Program-made: the position numbers and the translations under genes
The notes under the pieces: model-generated
What the model was told of the DNA's origin: nothing
The model's database searches: none
What the model saw: the letters and a program-made list of their open reading frames with translations, nothing else
Part shown: positions 32,402-44,105 of the stretch, piece by piece
How positions within the stretch are numbered: position 1 is the stretch's first letter
Layout: each line of letters starts with the position of its first letter
From: Hyaloraphidium curvatum SAG 235-1
Lineage: Eukaryota; Fungi; Monoblepharomycota
Assembly: GCA_025558095.1 (NCBI GenBank)
Contig: JAIVFI010000037.1
Location: forward strand, 310,001 to 374,000
DNA length: 64,000 nucleotides
Direction: 5' to 3'

Positions 32402-34355
32402 CTACGAGTCAGTTGCGCTGAGCCCGTTGAGCACCCGGTACCCGCTCTCGGCGTACCCCGCCAGGATGTTGCTCGTCTCCGGCCTGCCGTCGGCTTCCCG
32501 CATAATGGCAACGTTCGCACTGAAACTGCTGCCGATCTGACCGACAAAGACCGTGCTCCCCACGAGGAGCAGGGCATCCATCCACGCGAGGTCGGGGGAG
32601 GTCGTGGCGAGATGCTTGCGCGCGGAGCGGCGCAGCACCTTGCCGCATTTCGCGGTGTTCCACATGACCACGTTGGGGTACGCCCTGAGGATTGCTTCTT
32701 CTGTTTCGGGCTTCTGCCCGTCGCTGGCGAGGAAGACTGGAACCCGGTGGAAGTCGATCGTGGGGTCCGCGGCTTCCACCAGCTTGGCGATGTACCCCAT
32801 GTCCAAATCGCAGATCTGCGCGGCGAATGAGAACAGGAATGACGAGGACGCGGGGGACACCGACCTTTTCCATGGCGGTCTTGTTCAGGCTCCCCGGGTA
32901 CTTTCCGCCAAAGGCGTAGCAGCCGCCTTCCAGCTGCCTGTGGTGGATGGCGACGTAGGTATAGTTGGGCATTGGATACGTTCCGTTCCATGTGTCGGTT
33001 CCGTTCAGTGCCGCGTAGTAGGGAACCGACGGATCATCGTCGCTTCCTTCGTCTTCGCCGGCGTTTGCAGCTCCTGTTGCCGGGCCGGGATTTGCGGCGT
33101 TTTCGCGAGTAGACGGACCGTCGGCGGCAGGGAGCGCCGCGTCGCCCGAGGGAGCGGCGTTTCCTGCGGTCGAGTTCGCCGCAGCACTGGAGTTCCGAGC
33201 GTCCGGTGCCGCCTCCACGGCAACCTCATCACGCTTGTGCAGTCGCCGGCGCGCCTGGCGCTCCGCGGCCGGGGCAGCTGGGAGAGCCTTGGCCGCCGGC
33301 TCGGTGCCATTGCCCGCCCAGCGCTTCAACCCGAACATGCATTCCTGCACGTCCACGATGAGCCTCCTCCAGCCCAGGGTGGGCCGAGTCATCATCCAGA
33401 TTTCGCGCGACGTGAATTTGCTCACGCCCGTGAAGTATGTAAAGTGCATGTTGACGGCCTCGACGTCCTTTGCCGTCGCAGGGTCGGCCTCGGCACCCTG
33501 CAGCACCGACAGCATCGCCCGCGCAATGTGCCGGTACGGGTGCACGTGGTGCGTCTGCACCTCCCAGAAGTTGAGGCGGTGCACGTGCATCTGCGGCCGC
33601 TCGGCGTTGGACGGCCACTCCCAGAAGTCGTTGTTGCAGTGGCCCATGCCCTCGACGTTCCACAGGAAGCACACCATCGACTGCGGCAGGCCCATGGGCG
33701 GGCTGTCGGGGGCCTTGTTGCCCGGCCACGGCTTCTCCCCCAGGCGCATCTCCGCCCACTCCTTGAGGTGGAACACGCACCACCCCATGCGGCGGATGTC
33801 CATGGTGCCCTCGAAGGCGCGCAGGCCGCCGTCGATGACCAGCGTGCGGTTGAGGTAGATTGCGAGCAGCAGGGCGCGGTGCATGGAGATGATGTTGTTG
33901 TGGTGGCGCGAGTACCACCAGGGGTTGGTGAGCACGACGCGGCGCGGGCACGATGCGGGCGGCGGCAGGTTGCCGATGTTCGGCGAGAGGAACGCGTGCA
34001 GCGGCGGCGGCGGCTGGAGCGCGGCGTGCAGCAGCTGCGGCGGCAGGTGCGCGGCGTCGGGCGCGAAGAGCGACGCGTTCCGTCGGTGCGGCACGACGAC
34101 GTTGCGCGGCGGCGGCGGCGGCTCGGCGTCGGCGCACGCGGCGCAGACGCACAGCGGGCACTCCTCGCGCGGCGCCGCGCCGGCCGCGTCCGCCTCGCCG
34201 AGCGCCAGCGGGACCAGCGCCTCCAGCGGCCCCGGCAGCGCAGGCCGCACGCCCAGCCGCCGCGCCGCAACCACCGCCGCTGCAAACACCACCGTCAGCA
34301 CGAGCACCCATTGCGACGCATTCCGCGACCGCAAGCAGGTGCGAAGGGCGTTCAT
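32402..34355 (-). CDS. Type II membrane O-fucosyltransferase-like (GT-B) protein, one intron near 32816-32863
   Basis: N-terminal TM; YVAIHHR, VFLASDGQ and DALLLVGSTVFVGQIGSSFSANV match the GDP-fucose transferase motif pattern. Confidence 0.75.
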
Positions 34356-34506
34356 GGCAGGAGTTCGGGCATGGGGTGGGGGGAGTCTGCGGCGGCTTGA
34401 TTGGCTGATCGCAGGTCAGGAGTCGGGACGAATCGGTGAACCCTTCCTTCTCCTTTCATAGCTGAACGCCGGGATGTTTTGTAACGAAGTCGGATTGCAA
34501 TCTCCG

Positions 34507-36173
34507 CTACTCATCATCGGGGCTCATACAGATCAGCTGCGCGTGCTCGTCCTTGGGCCCTAATCGCGCCTTCTCCTCCGCGTAGACCCACAGCCCGTTG
34601 TCCTTGATCGCGCTCTTCTTCGAGTCGTGGCCGGCCACGTAGTTGGCGTGCACCGCCGCGGGCTGCAGGTGCTCGGGCACCGTCTTCATGAAGGCGTGGA
34701 ACTCGGTGCGGAGGTTGAAGACTGCGATCGGGATGTCAGGAGGGGAAGACATGGGGGAAGGCGTCGAGACCCACAGTAGAGGAAGCCCGGCGGGAACTGC
34801 GTAGGGTGGAGCTGCCGGAACGTCAGTACGCGCTCCCTGCAGTAGCCCATCGTGGCCAGGTATTGCTGCATGGCGTTCCGTGAGCTGGCCCGACACGGCA
34901 CCGCGCGCAGCCACTCACGTCCACGTTTCCCTCTTCCACCGTCAGCGGCACGTAGACGCTCCGCAGCATCTGCGTCCAAAGCCTCAGCACGGCGCCCAGG
35001 CAGGTCTGGTCGTCCACGTTCTTGAGGAGCTCGCAGTACTTTTCCGTCTCCCACAAAAGGCGGATGGTGCGGGGGTTGGACCGCATGAAGTAGAAGCCCG
35101 TGTTAGGCTCAGAGGAGGACATGAATTCGGGCATCCAGTGGTTGCTCTGGAACTGGAGAGGGAGGGTTCACCGTGCCGCCTGCCCGCTTCCCGCGGTCCC
35201 ACGAACCTCAAAGTCGACGTCCCCCCGGAACAGCTGGAACGGCTCCCTGAGGAACACGATGTCGACGTCGCTGAAAAGAACGTCCCGCCCGGATTCCAGG
35301 ATCGCACGGGCGCTGATGACTTTCATCATGCTGACGCGGGCAAAGTTGTTGCCCTCGTAGAAGTTGGTGGCGCGGGAAAAGGAAGAGACGTTGATATGGG
35401 AGCCGAGAAAGGAGGCTATGGGGAGCTTCTTGTCGAGGATGTGCTGGTGCAGGGCCTGGTCCTGCGCCACGAGGAGGGGGCGGTAGTTGCCGACGTTGCG
35501 CGCTGCGAGCGTCGTCAGGTGGGCCAGCAAGGCAGAGAACCTCGCCTCACCGGCACATATGAAGTTGGCGATAAAGTCCAGGTAGCCGTAGTTGGCCGAG
35601 ATGAGGAACACGGCGTTGGCAAACTTCCGCCTCTGCGACGTCGGAACGGGCCCTCGGTAAGCCCGACCCCGTCACCCACACAAGTCCCACGTTCAGGCCC
35701 ACCGTTCGCTCGTCGACGGCCTTCAATTTGTCGTTGTAGTGGAACGCCGCGTCCTTCTCCCCGGCCCCCGACGGCGGCCCGTCCAGGAACACCCCGATGT
35801 GGTCCCGTATCGCGCCCTCGAGGAACTCGTTCCGCGGCCAGCCGCGCGAGTCGTTCCTGCTCGCCCCCACGGGCTTCATCATGATGTTGTATATCGCCCG
35901 GATGTTGTCCTTGAACTCCGGCGGCATGAACTGGACCTCCGAGCGGCGGTACCACCAGGTCTTTGGCTCCGGCGCCCGGAAGAAGGCGTCCACGTCGGAG
36001 ACGGTCGGGTCCGCGCAGGTGGCGCTGGTCACGCGGGGCGGCGCGCGGCCGCCGGGCGCCGGTGCGGGCGCGCCGGGGGCTTGCGGCAGCGGCGCGAAGT
36101 TGCCGGTGGCGGCGAGCAGCATGAGGATGGCCGCCGAGAGCCCATAGTTCCGCAGCGCGGGGTTGACCGGCAT
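34507..36173 (-). CDS. Nucleotide-diphospho-sugar transferase (GT77-like), multi-exon
   Basis: LFSDVDIVFLREPF (DxD), NTGFYFMRSNPRT, DDQ, VHANY..G..SKK...GLW; N-terminal signal anchor. Confidence 0.85.
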
Positions 36174-36304
36174 GCCGCCGCCGGCTGCCGCGCTGCTCCT
36201 CCGGCTGCTCGGCCGGCCTTGGGGTCTGGCGGTGCTGCAGCGAGGTGATCGAGCAGGTGATCGAGTGCGCGATGCCCCGCCGATCGTCCGCCTCGAGCGC
36301 GAGC

Positions 36305-39255
36305 ATGGCGGCCCGCTTCCGGCTGCCGTGCCTGTTCCTGGCGATCGTGCTAGCGTTTGCCGGAGCTGCAGACGCCGCGAGGCGCCCCCCGGGGCTCCGC
36401 TTCGATGCTGCCGACGCGTGGGGTGCGTCCCTCGAGCCTGCTCCCGGCGGGTCCCCGGCGACCCAGGGCGCCGCTGTTGGCCCGCATGAAAACACGCTGG
36501 TGCTCCAGGACGCGTCTCGGCGCCCGCACAGGCCGCACAGGCCGCGGGAGCCGCCCGAGGTGCGCTTCGGAAGCCGCTGGGACGTCCTTGGCCCGTTGCC
36601 GAGCACCCTGCGGGGCTCTGGCGACGTCCTGGCGGCTTTCACTGGACCCATCGCGGCGTACTTTGCTGCCCGGAACCTCAGCGATCACTTCCCGTCGGAG
36701 GTCGCGGACGGCGGCTTCGCGTCGTGGGCAACGGTCCTCGCCGAGCGGGACAACGTGACTCGCGTTTGGAAGGCGTCGGTAAAGATGCCAGTCAACGCGG
36801 AGCTGCTCGAATCGTTCTACGGGATCGCAGGGTCAGTTGGCTCGTGGCATCTTCGCGCGGGCTTCGGCTGACTGCGCTCGCGCAGACTCGAGTTCTCGGC
36901 TTACGCCGCAACGGACATGATCGTTCCTCAAACGGGCCTGTACCGCTTCCTCCTGACCACTGCTCCCCGCGTGTTCATGGTCGGAAGGACCACCCACCGC
37001 TTCGATCCGTACATGGCTCAGGGCTTCGTGTACCGCTTCGAGAAGGGGACGCACCCCTTCGTGGTACCCCTCGCCGAGTACGGGAACGCGGTTTCCTGCG
37101 CGATTCCGCCTCTCGTGCTCGTCGAGTCGCCGCCGGATCTCGTTCTTGTCGGCGACGTGCTGCTTCCCGACGTTGTCGAGGGGAGGCTATCGTCGCGGCT
37201 CTTCAGCGTCACGGTGATGCCCCAGAGGCCGCTGCGCGCCAGGGAGCTCAAGGCCGTTGCGTCCATCAACGCTGAGCACGGGTCCCAGCCCATCACGACG
37301 GAGACGACCATCGTGGATCCCATCGAGGCCCTCCAGCCCTTCCCGCTCAAACTGTACGTGGATCTGCCGGACGACGTCGAGATCTCCACGTGCCCCGGAA
37401 CCGTTCTGTCGGTCACACTGTTCTTGGGCGAAGCCGAAATCGCGGCCTCGTTCCCGCTGCGCTGCCTCAACTACTCGGACGCCTACCGCTTTACCTTCGA
37501 GGACTTTGACGGCTCGGTCCAGTTCGCCGCCCTGTGGAGCCCCAAGGTCGCGCGCTGCCCCGCTGCCGGATGCCCGCTGCTCGTGAGCTACCACGGGGCC
37601 GGCGTCGAGGCCGACTCCTGGGCCTGGACGTCGTCCTACCGGCGTCAGGAGAGCGCATTCGTTCTTCTCCCCACGAACAGGAGGCAGTATGGCTATGACT
37701 GGGAAACAACCGGAGCGGTGAACGGCTGGACGGCGGTCAAATGGCTCGGAGAGCATCTTCCGGGGCTGCCGAAACGATTGCGGGGCAAGGTAAAGGCCGA
37801 TACCAACAGGATCCTCTATGCCGGACGTGAGTTTGCGCGCGGCGCGTAAGCTCGGTCTCTCACACAAACGCTCTAGATTCGATGGGTGGTCACGGTTGCA
37901 TGATTGCCACGACGCACTACCCGGATCGCGCGCTGGCCTTTGTCCCAGCCGCCGGATGGCTTCGGCACGGGAACTACCTGCCCGACTTCCTTGCCCCGGA
38001 TCTCTCCCACCTGGACCACTTTGCCCGTGGCATCCTGGAGGGGACCCTTGGCGACAGCGATGTCGATCTGCTTGCGGGCAATGCGCTAGGCCTACCTGCC
38101 CTTTTGCGCGTGGGGACAGTGGACGACAACGTGCCCAGTCACAACCTCCGCCGCTTCTTCCGCATATTGCGGTCCCTCGGCAAAGCTGCCGGGACATCCG
38201 CCAGCGTCGAGCTCAGCGAAATTCCGGGGGTTGGCCATTGGTTCGACGGAGTGGTCGATGACGACGAAATCCAAGCTTTCTTCGATCGAATCCTGCTGGC
38301 AGCGGGCCCTGGCGGATCGCCCCAGCTGCCTTCGCTGCCGCGCAAGTTCACGTTTACCACCGTGAACCCATCTACCTCGGGTAGCCGAGCTGGTTTCCGT
38401 GTGCTGCAGACTCTGGTGACTGGACGGGCTGCCAGGCTCCAGGTGGAGATCGAAGGGGATACCTGGTTCGTCCGGACCGAGAACGTCGGCCTGCTGAACT
38501 ACACGCGCGTCGACGGGATCCCCGCTCCGAAGAGAATCGTGATTGACGGAGTCGAGTTCCACGGTGCTGAAGGGAACTTTGCTTTGGACCGCACACCGGG
38601 AGCCGGATCTGCCGTGTGGCTGGGGACGACGGCTCCGGAATGGACGGTGTGGCAACGATCTCCGGCGAACTACGGGCCGGCCCGGCAAGTCTTTGAGACG
38701 GGACCGGTGACGATCGTTTATGCCGCGAGCTACCGCGAAAGGGCGCTGCTCATGGCCTCGGAGATGTTCTCCCGCGGACGCTGGGCCCCTGTGCTCTTGG
38801 AGGAATTCAAGTGGAGCCCGCAAGTTGCCGAGGCGTCCAACGTCGTGCTGCTTGGCGGCCCGTGGGAGAACGCGGCCACCGCTTGGCTGGACCAGACCAT
38901 TGTCGCAGCATTCCGGAACCGGTACGCTGGCCTCAGCACGCTGGTGTCTTTCAACGCCACGGACCGATCATTCTCCCTGGGTTCGCGCAAGTTTGGCGGG
39001 GCGGGCGACGGCATCGTGGCCCTCACCCCCCTTTCCTTGGGCAACCCGTCGCGGCTTGCGTTAATGGTTTCCGCAAACACCCCGGCCGCCATGGACCACA
39101 TCGCGCGTTTCATCCCCACCTTTAGCGCAGCACGAGTCCCGGACTTCCTCGTGTGCTCCTCTGATTCCTCGTGGCAGGGCTACGGGTCCTGCATCGCAGG
39201 CGGCTATTGGAACTGGCGCTGGGGCGTGGACGTGTCCTCGGCCTATGGGATCTAG
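36305..39255 (+). CDS. Secreted alpha/beta-hydrolase (peptidase S9/esterase-like)
   Basis: Signal peptide; YHGAGVEA; spliced GHSMGGHG nucleophile elbow; DDNVP (Asp); GHWFDG (His). Confidence 0.85.
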
Positions 39256-39522
39256 TTGATTGCTGAATGCAAATGTATTGAAATTGATGGTTTCGTCCAG
39301 AGGCCACTCGATGTTCGGGAGTGAGACAGGGATTCGGAGGGGTGTATTCGTTTGCGTCCTCGGTGCGCCGTGTTTGCGCGCTCCAAAGACGTTCGCGGTC
39401 TCCCGGCGAACCGGCGGATTATGCCCCGCGCCAGCCCGCTCTGAGGAGAAGCGCACCGCGCAAGGCGTCTGTGGGGAGGCGGGTGTCGGTCGCTGCCCGG
39501 GTGGCACCGCTACCCGGGGACA

Positions 39523-42500
39523 ATGGAGGCGGCAGCGAGCACCCCGACTTTCCTCAACTACCAGACCCGGAAGTTCCTGGGCGGATCCATCTCCTCCATC
39601 TCGAGCACGTCGACCTCGAGCGAGTTTCCGGATGAGGAGGTCGAGTTTGAGGACCGTCTGTTCATGTGCTGCGATGAGGCAGACCGCGCCGGCCTGCGGG
39701 AGCTGTTTGAGGGTGCCAGCAACCGTACACTCGAGGTCCTGCTCCAAATCATGATTACGAGAACCTGGAACGACCACGGCGGTCGGAGGTACTTCTTCGA
39801 CGCGGACGCGGTCAAGGACGCGGAGGCCCTCCTAGGCTGCAGCACCGCAAACTTGAACGTGCTGCAAATCTGCGTGCTGCAGGGGGAGGAAGACATGGCT
39901 CTCGACCTTCTGGAGCATTTCTATGGTGCAACTGAGAAGCTTGGTGGCCGAAAAGCCCTCGTTCCGGACTTTCTAGCGCACCAGTTCGGTCACGGCAACA
40001 CCGCACTGCACCTCGGTACGTCGTCTTTCTTTGAAAAATCTGGCTATGGTCCTAACGGGACCATAGCCGCCTTCATGGGAATGGCGGATCTCTGTCGCAG
40101 GCTTCTGGAGCTCGGAGCGAGTGCTTCCGCGCCGAATTCGCGAAACATCAAGCCGGTCGACTGCACAAACGAGGAGGAGGTCCGACAACAGTTCTTGAAG
40201 TTCAAGAACCACCACCAGGGTCGGTTTCCCGCTCTCTTCCCTGTTCATTCGTTCTCATTCCAACGACCGCGTCTGCCCAGGCTTACAGCAATCCTCGCCC
40301 GCCAAGGCGGCCGGGATTGAATCCCCTGTGTCGTCTTCTCGTGCCGCCAACGAAGCTTCGACGGGACCTGCTTCGTCGCCAACAACAGTCGGCCCGACAA
40401 CAACTTCAGTCGTTTGCGAACCGTCACCGGTTGCACCAGCTGGCTCGGTTGCTACCGATTCTGTCGACGGACACCTCGAACGTGGCGAAATGGTTGCCCC
40501 TGCTCGGTCGGCATCCCTGCCAGCAGCAAGTGCTGCCCTCCGCCCGGAGAGCCCGGGTGCTGCAGCTTCATACATTCCGCCGGTGTCAAAGCAGCGTCGC
40601 CGCAGCGGAAACACCGTGAAGTTCGCGCCCGAGGTGCTGCTCATGGATTTCTGTCAGAACGGGGATCCGGAAGGAGGAGCTGCACTATCGACGATCCGAG
40701 CGATTCTGTTTGATGCAAAGCACGACAGTGGGTTGCTGGCTAGGGCAGCCGTTGAGCGTTATTAATTCACGCCTCCGCTGTAGTGCGAATGGATGTGAAT
40801 CAGGTCACATCGCCCTACAGGGGTTTCACGCCTCTGCAATGCGCTTGTACACACAACCAGCTCGAGGTGGCAAAGCTGCTCATTACGGAGTGCAACGCAA
40901 TGGTGAACATCAGGGACTTTGAAGGGTGGACGCCTCTGCACTCGGCGGCTGCAGAGGGGTTCGAAGACATGGTGCGGCTGTTGTGCAGTGTGCAGCGGAA
41001 GCAGGGAGAGTCGACGACCCCTGGAGAACTGTGGGCTGTTGATGCTCCAATTGATCTGCGGCCCAAGAACCTGGACGGGGAAACACCCGAAGATCTGGCC
41101 TTGGAGATTCACCCGGACGAAGATGGAACGGATCACGGAAAGAGAATCCGCGACATCATCAGCGGTGGGCTCCCCGCATGATTCTGTTGATGCTGCCCTT
41201 CAACTTTTCGCGGGCCACAGATTACGTCCGAACCTACGGACACACCCCGGCGCCGGAAATCCTGCCGCGCGACGAGAATGCGTACTGTCAAGGAGCCGAT
41301 TCCGACGACGGCTCCGCGGACGAGCGCGTCGACGGCGATGGTGATGAATCGGGCTCGGAGAAGCAAGGACGGAAGGACCACGTCGAATACGTTTTCTACG
41401 AGGAGAAGGAGGCGACAGAAACAGGAGACCTGGTGGACATGGAGTTGCGTACCGGCTCGACCACAGTCGTCCGCGAGGCGCAAGCGGCGAAGGAGGCAGA
41501 ACAGCTTCATTCCGAAAGCGACGCTTTCCCCAGCCGCGGTTCGTCCTTATTTTCTGCCTGGTTTCGTGTGCCTAACTTTCTACGTTCACAGTCCCGGATG
41601 ACGGAGCGGATTCGAAAACTGCACACTCAACGCCATTCAGCGCTTCCCCTGAACTGCAGGATGCGCAGCTTTTGCATTCCCGGACATCTGAAGAGCAGGA
41701 AGCTGATTCGATCGGAGCACACGATGGCAAGCCCATCTTCGAGACAACGGGGTCTTCTGCGTCGACACTTGAAAGTGCAGCCACTTCACAACCCGTGCTT
41801 TCTGCTCCGAACGTGAAGCCTTCCGCGAGCAACAGGAACGTCTTGCTGCGAAACGGGCCCGTCACTCAGAGCCCCGCGAAGCTCTCCATTCCGATCCCAG
41901 CTCCCAAATCAGTTCGGGGCTCCGCTCCGTCGCCTACGGTCGCAGCACCATCAGGCTCCAAGATTCCTACCCGATTTGGCGGCCCCGCAAAGGCAACTCT
42001 CAGCCCTGGAGGCCAAAAGTCTCCAGCTTCGCATGGTGGACGGGTGTCGCCAAACACTCAGGCTTCTACTGCAACGCCCGGATCACCGAGGAAGGACGAT
42101 GCGGTTCCACGCTACGCCGCTCCGACGCATGCCTCGCTGAACAAGGCGCAAGGCGCCGCGGGTCGGTCGATCGGCACTCATTCGCCGGCTTCGGCGGGCG
42201 GTTCTCTCACCCGACACCACTCCGAAGCAAAAGCTCCGGCGCCTTTCCAGAGCTCGCGACGGCTTGATTCTCGGGAACCAATGCTTCCATCCGGTGGCAG
42301 TTTGGTCCAAAGCAGGTCCAGCTCCGCATCGTCATCTGAGCAAAGCTTGCCCACCGTTGCGGCAAAACGCTACGGACGTGGGGATGCATCTCACTCGACC
42401 GACGCACGGAGGACTGTTGCACCTTCCCCGTCTGGGAGACTCAGCCGGGGACAGTCGAACGCTTCCGTCACCTCCAACGGGTCCACGGACTCGGCCGGAA

Positions 42501-42631
42501 ACCCAGACGAACCCATTGTCAAGAGAATGATGAAGAAGTGGGAGAAAAAGTCGTCGTCATCGCCGCGAAATCAGCCCGGGTCATCGCAACCTGCCAAGGG
42601 ACCTCAGACCTCTCGCGCGCCGCGGCCTTGA
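39523..42631 (+). CDS. Ankyrin-repeat protein, PP1 regulatory subunit-like (PPP1R12/16-type), with disordered Ser/Pro-rich tail
   Basis: GNTALHL ankyrin; TVKF (RVxF-like) before GFTPLQCAC and DFEGWTPLHSAAAEG repeats. Confidence 0.75.
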
Positions 42632-42708
42632 GGACTCGGTCAATCACCTTCTGGGAGTGCTGTATAGCATTCAAGCTGGTCATGTGTACATGGTGTTGTT
42701 ACATGATG

Positions 42709-43611
42709 TCATGGTATCCACCCGTAACGGCGTAATCGATCGCCGAAGCCCACCCAAGGTCCCGGGTCCTCGCTCCTCAGCGGTCCAACCTCCTCCGACC
42801 TTCCTTCAACCGTGGGGCAGACTGTCAAGCTGTCCATGCTCTCCTCGTTGCTGTCCGATTGGGAGACCATGAGGCAAAAGTGTTTCTGGTACCCGCTGGA
42901 GCCGCCCTGCCCGATGCAGTGGTTCGGGACGAGGGCGCGCTGGTACGGGCAGTTGCTGCATCGGAAGTCGGTGCAGTACTTCCACATGCCCGACCCGTCC
43001 GCGGCGCATTCCAGCATCCCGAAGGTCCACTGCGTCTGGTTCGGCTCCCGGGATATCCGCGGGAGGAGGTGACAGGTGGGGATCGTCCGCGACACCAGGG
43101 TCATGGACGGCTTGCCGCAGCACCGCTCCTCCCCGCCCCAGTTCTTGTTGAACTCATTGGGAAAGAAGGAAGTCACCAACCACTGCCCGGCGTTGAGGTC
43201 GGCAATCAAGTCGAGCCGCGTCAGCTCCGCATGCTGTTGAGCCGAATCGTAGCAGTAGACGAGCCTCTGCGAGTCCACACAGTTTCCGATCGATGCGAGG
43301 TAGCCGACCGCACTCATCCCCGTGCGCGCCAGGGCGGCCACCGCCTCGGTCTCCGACGCGGCGCCGAGCGCTTCCCGCGAGCTGTTGCCCATCGCCAGGA
43401 AGGCCGTCACGAACGCATCGCACGTCTTCCACTCGGAAGCGTTGACTGTCCGAATCTCCTCCGGCGGGCCTCCGGTGCACTGCGGGAAACCGGAGGGGTA
43501 CCGCGTCCACGTCGCCGTCTGGTAGAATATGCCCGCCGCCGGCGGTGCCCACAGAACGAGGGCGGCGAGCACCGCCCCCGCGGCCCCTCGCAAGCCTCCC
43601 GTTGGAGCCAT
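42709..43611 (-). CDS. Secreted cysteine-rich hypothetical protein
   Basis: 300-aa ORF with signal peptide (AVLAALVLWAPPAAG) and many Cys; 3' end uncertain. Confidence 0.6.
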   Translation of the reverse strand: MAPTGGLRGAAGAVLAALVLWAPPAAGIFYQTATWTRYPSGFPQCTGGPPEEIRTVNASEWKTCDAFVTAFLAMGNSSREALGAASETEAVAALARTGMSAVGYLASIGNCVDSQRLVYCYDSAQQHAELTRLDLIADLNAGQWLVTSFFPNEFNKNWGGEERCCGKPSMTLVSRTIPTCHLLPRISREPNQTQWTFGMLECAADGSGMWKYCTDFRCSNCPYQRALVPNHCIGQGGSSGYQKHFCLMVSQSDSNEESMDSLTVCPTVEGRSEEVGPLRSEDPGPWVGFGDRLRRYGWIP

Positions 43612-44105
43612 GCCGGCGCCCTGCGCGACCGCCTGCGCCGCCGGGTTGGTGCGCCGGGAGCCTTTGCCTGTTTGCCAGCGACAGGTCCCCCGCGGGTGGC
43701 TGAATCACTCGATCGAGCGGCGAGGCGCAGCACCCACTCCTCGTCGTTCCCGTCCTGACTCTCTTCAGAATCAAGAAGTAGCTTATTCGAAGATTGGAGT
43801 GTGGTTGTAGATTAGTTCGTGGATCTAGCTTTGGCAAGGAGAAGGTGTCGCCTCGGAAGCAGCCCGCGAGTTGTCGACGCGGAGTTGAGCATCAAGCATG
43901 CCATGAGCTGCAAACCGGAACCAAGGCAAGTATCTCGTAGCAATAGCGCATCCCAAGTTGTTCGTCCTTGGAGCAGAGCAGGGTTTTCCTTGTAGGCCGT
44001 GGGGCCGACCAAGGCTGATTCCCTTGATTGGATCGGCCTTACTACACTTCGTCTCACACGCAGTTGGGCGCGTGTGCCGTCGCTGGCCGACCAGTGGGAC
44101 GATTA

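Noticed and set aside
43620-44100. tRNA, snRNA or rRNA in intergenic gaps (also 60100-60600 and 62400-63000)
   Set aside because: No cloverleaf, box motifs or conserved RNA sequence was recognised by eye; a covariance-model search would be needed.
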